Assembly: GCA_964016885.1 (NCBI GenBank)
Contig: OZ024753.1
Coordinates: 6,572,001-6,636,000 of the forward strand
Source: Eledone cirrhosa
Lineage: Eukaryota
Length of the DNA stretch: 64,000 nt
Direction of reading: 5' to 3'
The position numbers were made by a program, and so were the translations under genes. The notes under the pieces were generated by a model. It saw nothing but the letters and a program-made list of their open reading frames with translations. It was not told where the DNA came from and searched no databases. Below are positions 61,826-64,000 of the stretch, piece by piece (within the stretch, counting starts at the first letter, position 1; each line of letters starts with the position of its first letter).

Positions 61826-63342
61826 CGTATGGGTTTGTTTGTACGAGTGTGCGTAATCGTGTGCAAGGGAGCGTGTGTATTTATATAAATATATCCGTGC
61901 TACAGTGTATAAATATGTTTGTGTAAAATTAATACACGGAGGTACCAACAAACTCATAATCAAACACATACTGAAACCTCCAAAGATACACTCACGTATA
62001 TATGAGTATACGTGAGTAAATGTGTAATTACATTTTGCTATCAGTCTTTATATATTTTCTTTTTAAATATCCCTTCTATAAATACAAATCTATTTCTATG
62101 AGAGCTTATTGCTTTAGTAAGTCTTTGTTCAACAAAATACTCTTTGCTTACTAAAGTGGATGATTTTTCAAAATTTCTCATATCTTCATTGTTTTGTTCT
62201 CTCAAACATTCAGCTACTTCCAAGTTCCTAATCAACAAAAATCTATGTATTCTTTCTTCGGTTTATTTCTTTCAGCTAGTTCTAAAGATAGCCAAAAATA
62301 AACAACGTTGGTTATCGAATTTGAGTGAAAAGAATTTGTCTTATAATCTCTTCCGCTATTTTACTAAATTGGACCATGAATAAACAAAATGAAGCGTAAA
62401 GCTTTATTTATGTTTCTATCTTAGAGTAACGAATAAAAATATTAAAATATACAAGTATGTTAATTTATTTTCTGGTATATTTCAAACTAAAATATTAATG
62501 TGTTGTGTAAACTATCTATCGTTATTTTATTTTATTTTATTTTATTTTACATGTTCTTTTCGCACTTGCTTTCGATTAGAATAGAAAAAATAATGTTTGA
62601 CATCGGAAGGTCATAGAATTGCAAATAGTCACATCCATTGTTTGGCATTTTGCCCTCCAGAATTTCAATCTGCTATGGCCTTGTATGCTTCATTTCAATG
62701 TTTGCTGTAGACGAAGTACATATCTTTCGTGTTCGTCTTATAAAAAAGGGGGAAATTAATTGATATTAATTGATATTAATAGAAAAATGACCGTACCAAT
62801 ATAAAGTGGATTCATTAGAAGAGTCAGCAACAAACATTGAGAGTTGAAGATATAATTCAATATAGAAAAACTAGTTTAGATTCCGTTTGATTAAGTAAGA
62901 GTGAAATAACTGCAGATGTACTTATATAGGGTAAATATTTCTATCTAGCACTCTTCAACATATAGAACTGACGTATATGTTGATATGTGGGATTCAGCGA
63001 CGATTGCATTTAATGTACCCACCCATTTAGTCCAGATTCAGACATGTATCCCAGATCTGGTCTTTTTTTGCAGGGGATTGTATGAAGACGTGTCGGCTTA
63101 TTGTTACACAGCTTTATGCGATTACATCTAACATTAAATATTAATACTAATGATTTATTTTACTGCCTTGTAACCGTTCATCGACAATGATCTGTCACGA
63201 TGATTGTATATGTCTGCCACCACTGAAGAACTAGATATGGTACTTTCCGGTCGAACACTTAAAGCGTAATCAATCATTTGTATTGAAGGAATTGTCGTTA
63301 ATATGGCGGAGGTTAAGTTAAAATCGATCTCAGTATTTAATC

Positions 63343-63410
63343 CAGGCATGGACAACCCTTTTCGAAAAGCGGGCCACATGAGATATGGCTCATCGTCAGG
63401 TGGGCCGCAA
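63343..63410. mobile_element. hAT (Charlie-like) terminal fragment
   Basis: CAGGCATGGACAACC...GCGGGCCACATG...GGGCCGCA resembles hAT termini; similar motif at 33618-33690; no partner TIR found. Confidence 0.4.
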
Positions 63411-64000
63411 GTGCAAAATGCATTCGTGCCCACATTAAAAACAAAGGGCCGTAACTCAGGTTGTTTTGATATGTTTCTTCAGAATTCGTACACGTTGTTT
63501 TCCTCGATCGTAAAAATGATAGAAAGATAAATTACGACTAACAATGTTGGTCCTCTTCGATTACATTCTGAAGATTCATATTTTAAAACTAGAAAAGAGA
63601 AGTGTAATGTTTATGGGTTTCATAAAGTGTATAGAGTCGTAAATGGTCACATATGTTAACAGTCGCACCGGCACCTTCAGTGGAACGTAGGTCCTTGATC
63701 TTTGATAACGTATAGTCTCGTGGGCTGTGAAAAGGGTCTAAAAGATTGCCTAGTCTAGCCCAGCTCCACCCTCACTAAACAGTAGAACTAAATTGAAATT
63801 GCATTACCAGTGAAACGAAATCAGAATATACGCATGATTAGTGATGTATTTAATCGAATATTCCACGGTTCACACGATTGGTCAGTTGAACAAAGGGTTT
63901 AACTTTCGATTTACTAATTTCAGCGTATTTTCTCTTTTTCATTTTTAATCATATTTCGATATCATGAGATGTTTCTTGATAATATTTTGGTATATTTCAG

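Noticed and set aside
63155-63530. Overlapping 92-aa and 75-aa ORFs
   Set aside because: They overlap a hAT-like terminal repeat and show no recognisable motif.
63975-64000. Window ends in TATTTCAG, a possible splice acceptor
   Set aside because: No downstream sequence is available to test it.

Overview
A very AT-rich, repeat-saturated eukaryotic window; its SINE and MITE families resemble those I recall from octopod cephalopod genomes (inference from repeats only). I can support no intact host gene. All long 'YIYIYI' ORFs are translations of (TA)n/(CA)n arrays, which make up roughly a third of the window. The rest is tRNA-headed SINEs (two families, often stacked at one target site), DNA-transposon MITEs (pogo/Tigger-, piggyBac-, mariner- and hAT-like), and truncated non-LTR retrotransposons (Tx1/L1, RTE, Penelope-like RT and GIY-YIG relics). 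The most striking signal is a set of at least eight unrelated short families carrying type I hammerhead-ribozyme (HHR) folds or remnants, mostly embedded in (TA)n. Many are fold-back palindromes, and in several the turn-around point lies in the position of HHR stem II. One palindrome carries a hammerhead on each strand. There is also a 0.6 kb internally deleted RTE with a compact, possibly pseudoknotted 5' RNA structure. All RNA folds were paired by eye and are untested.
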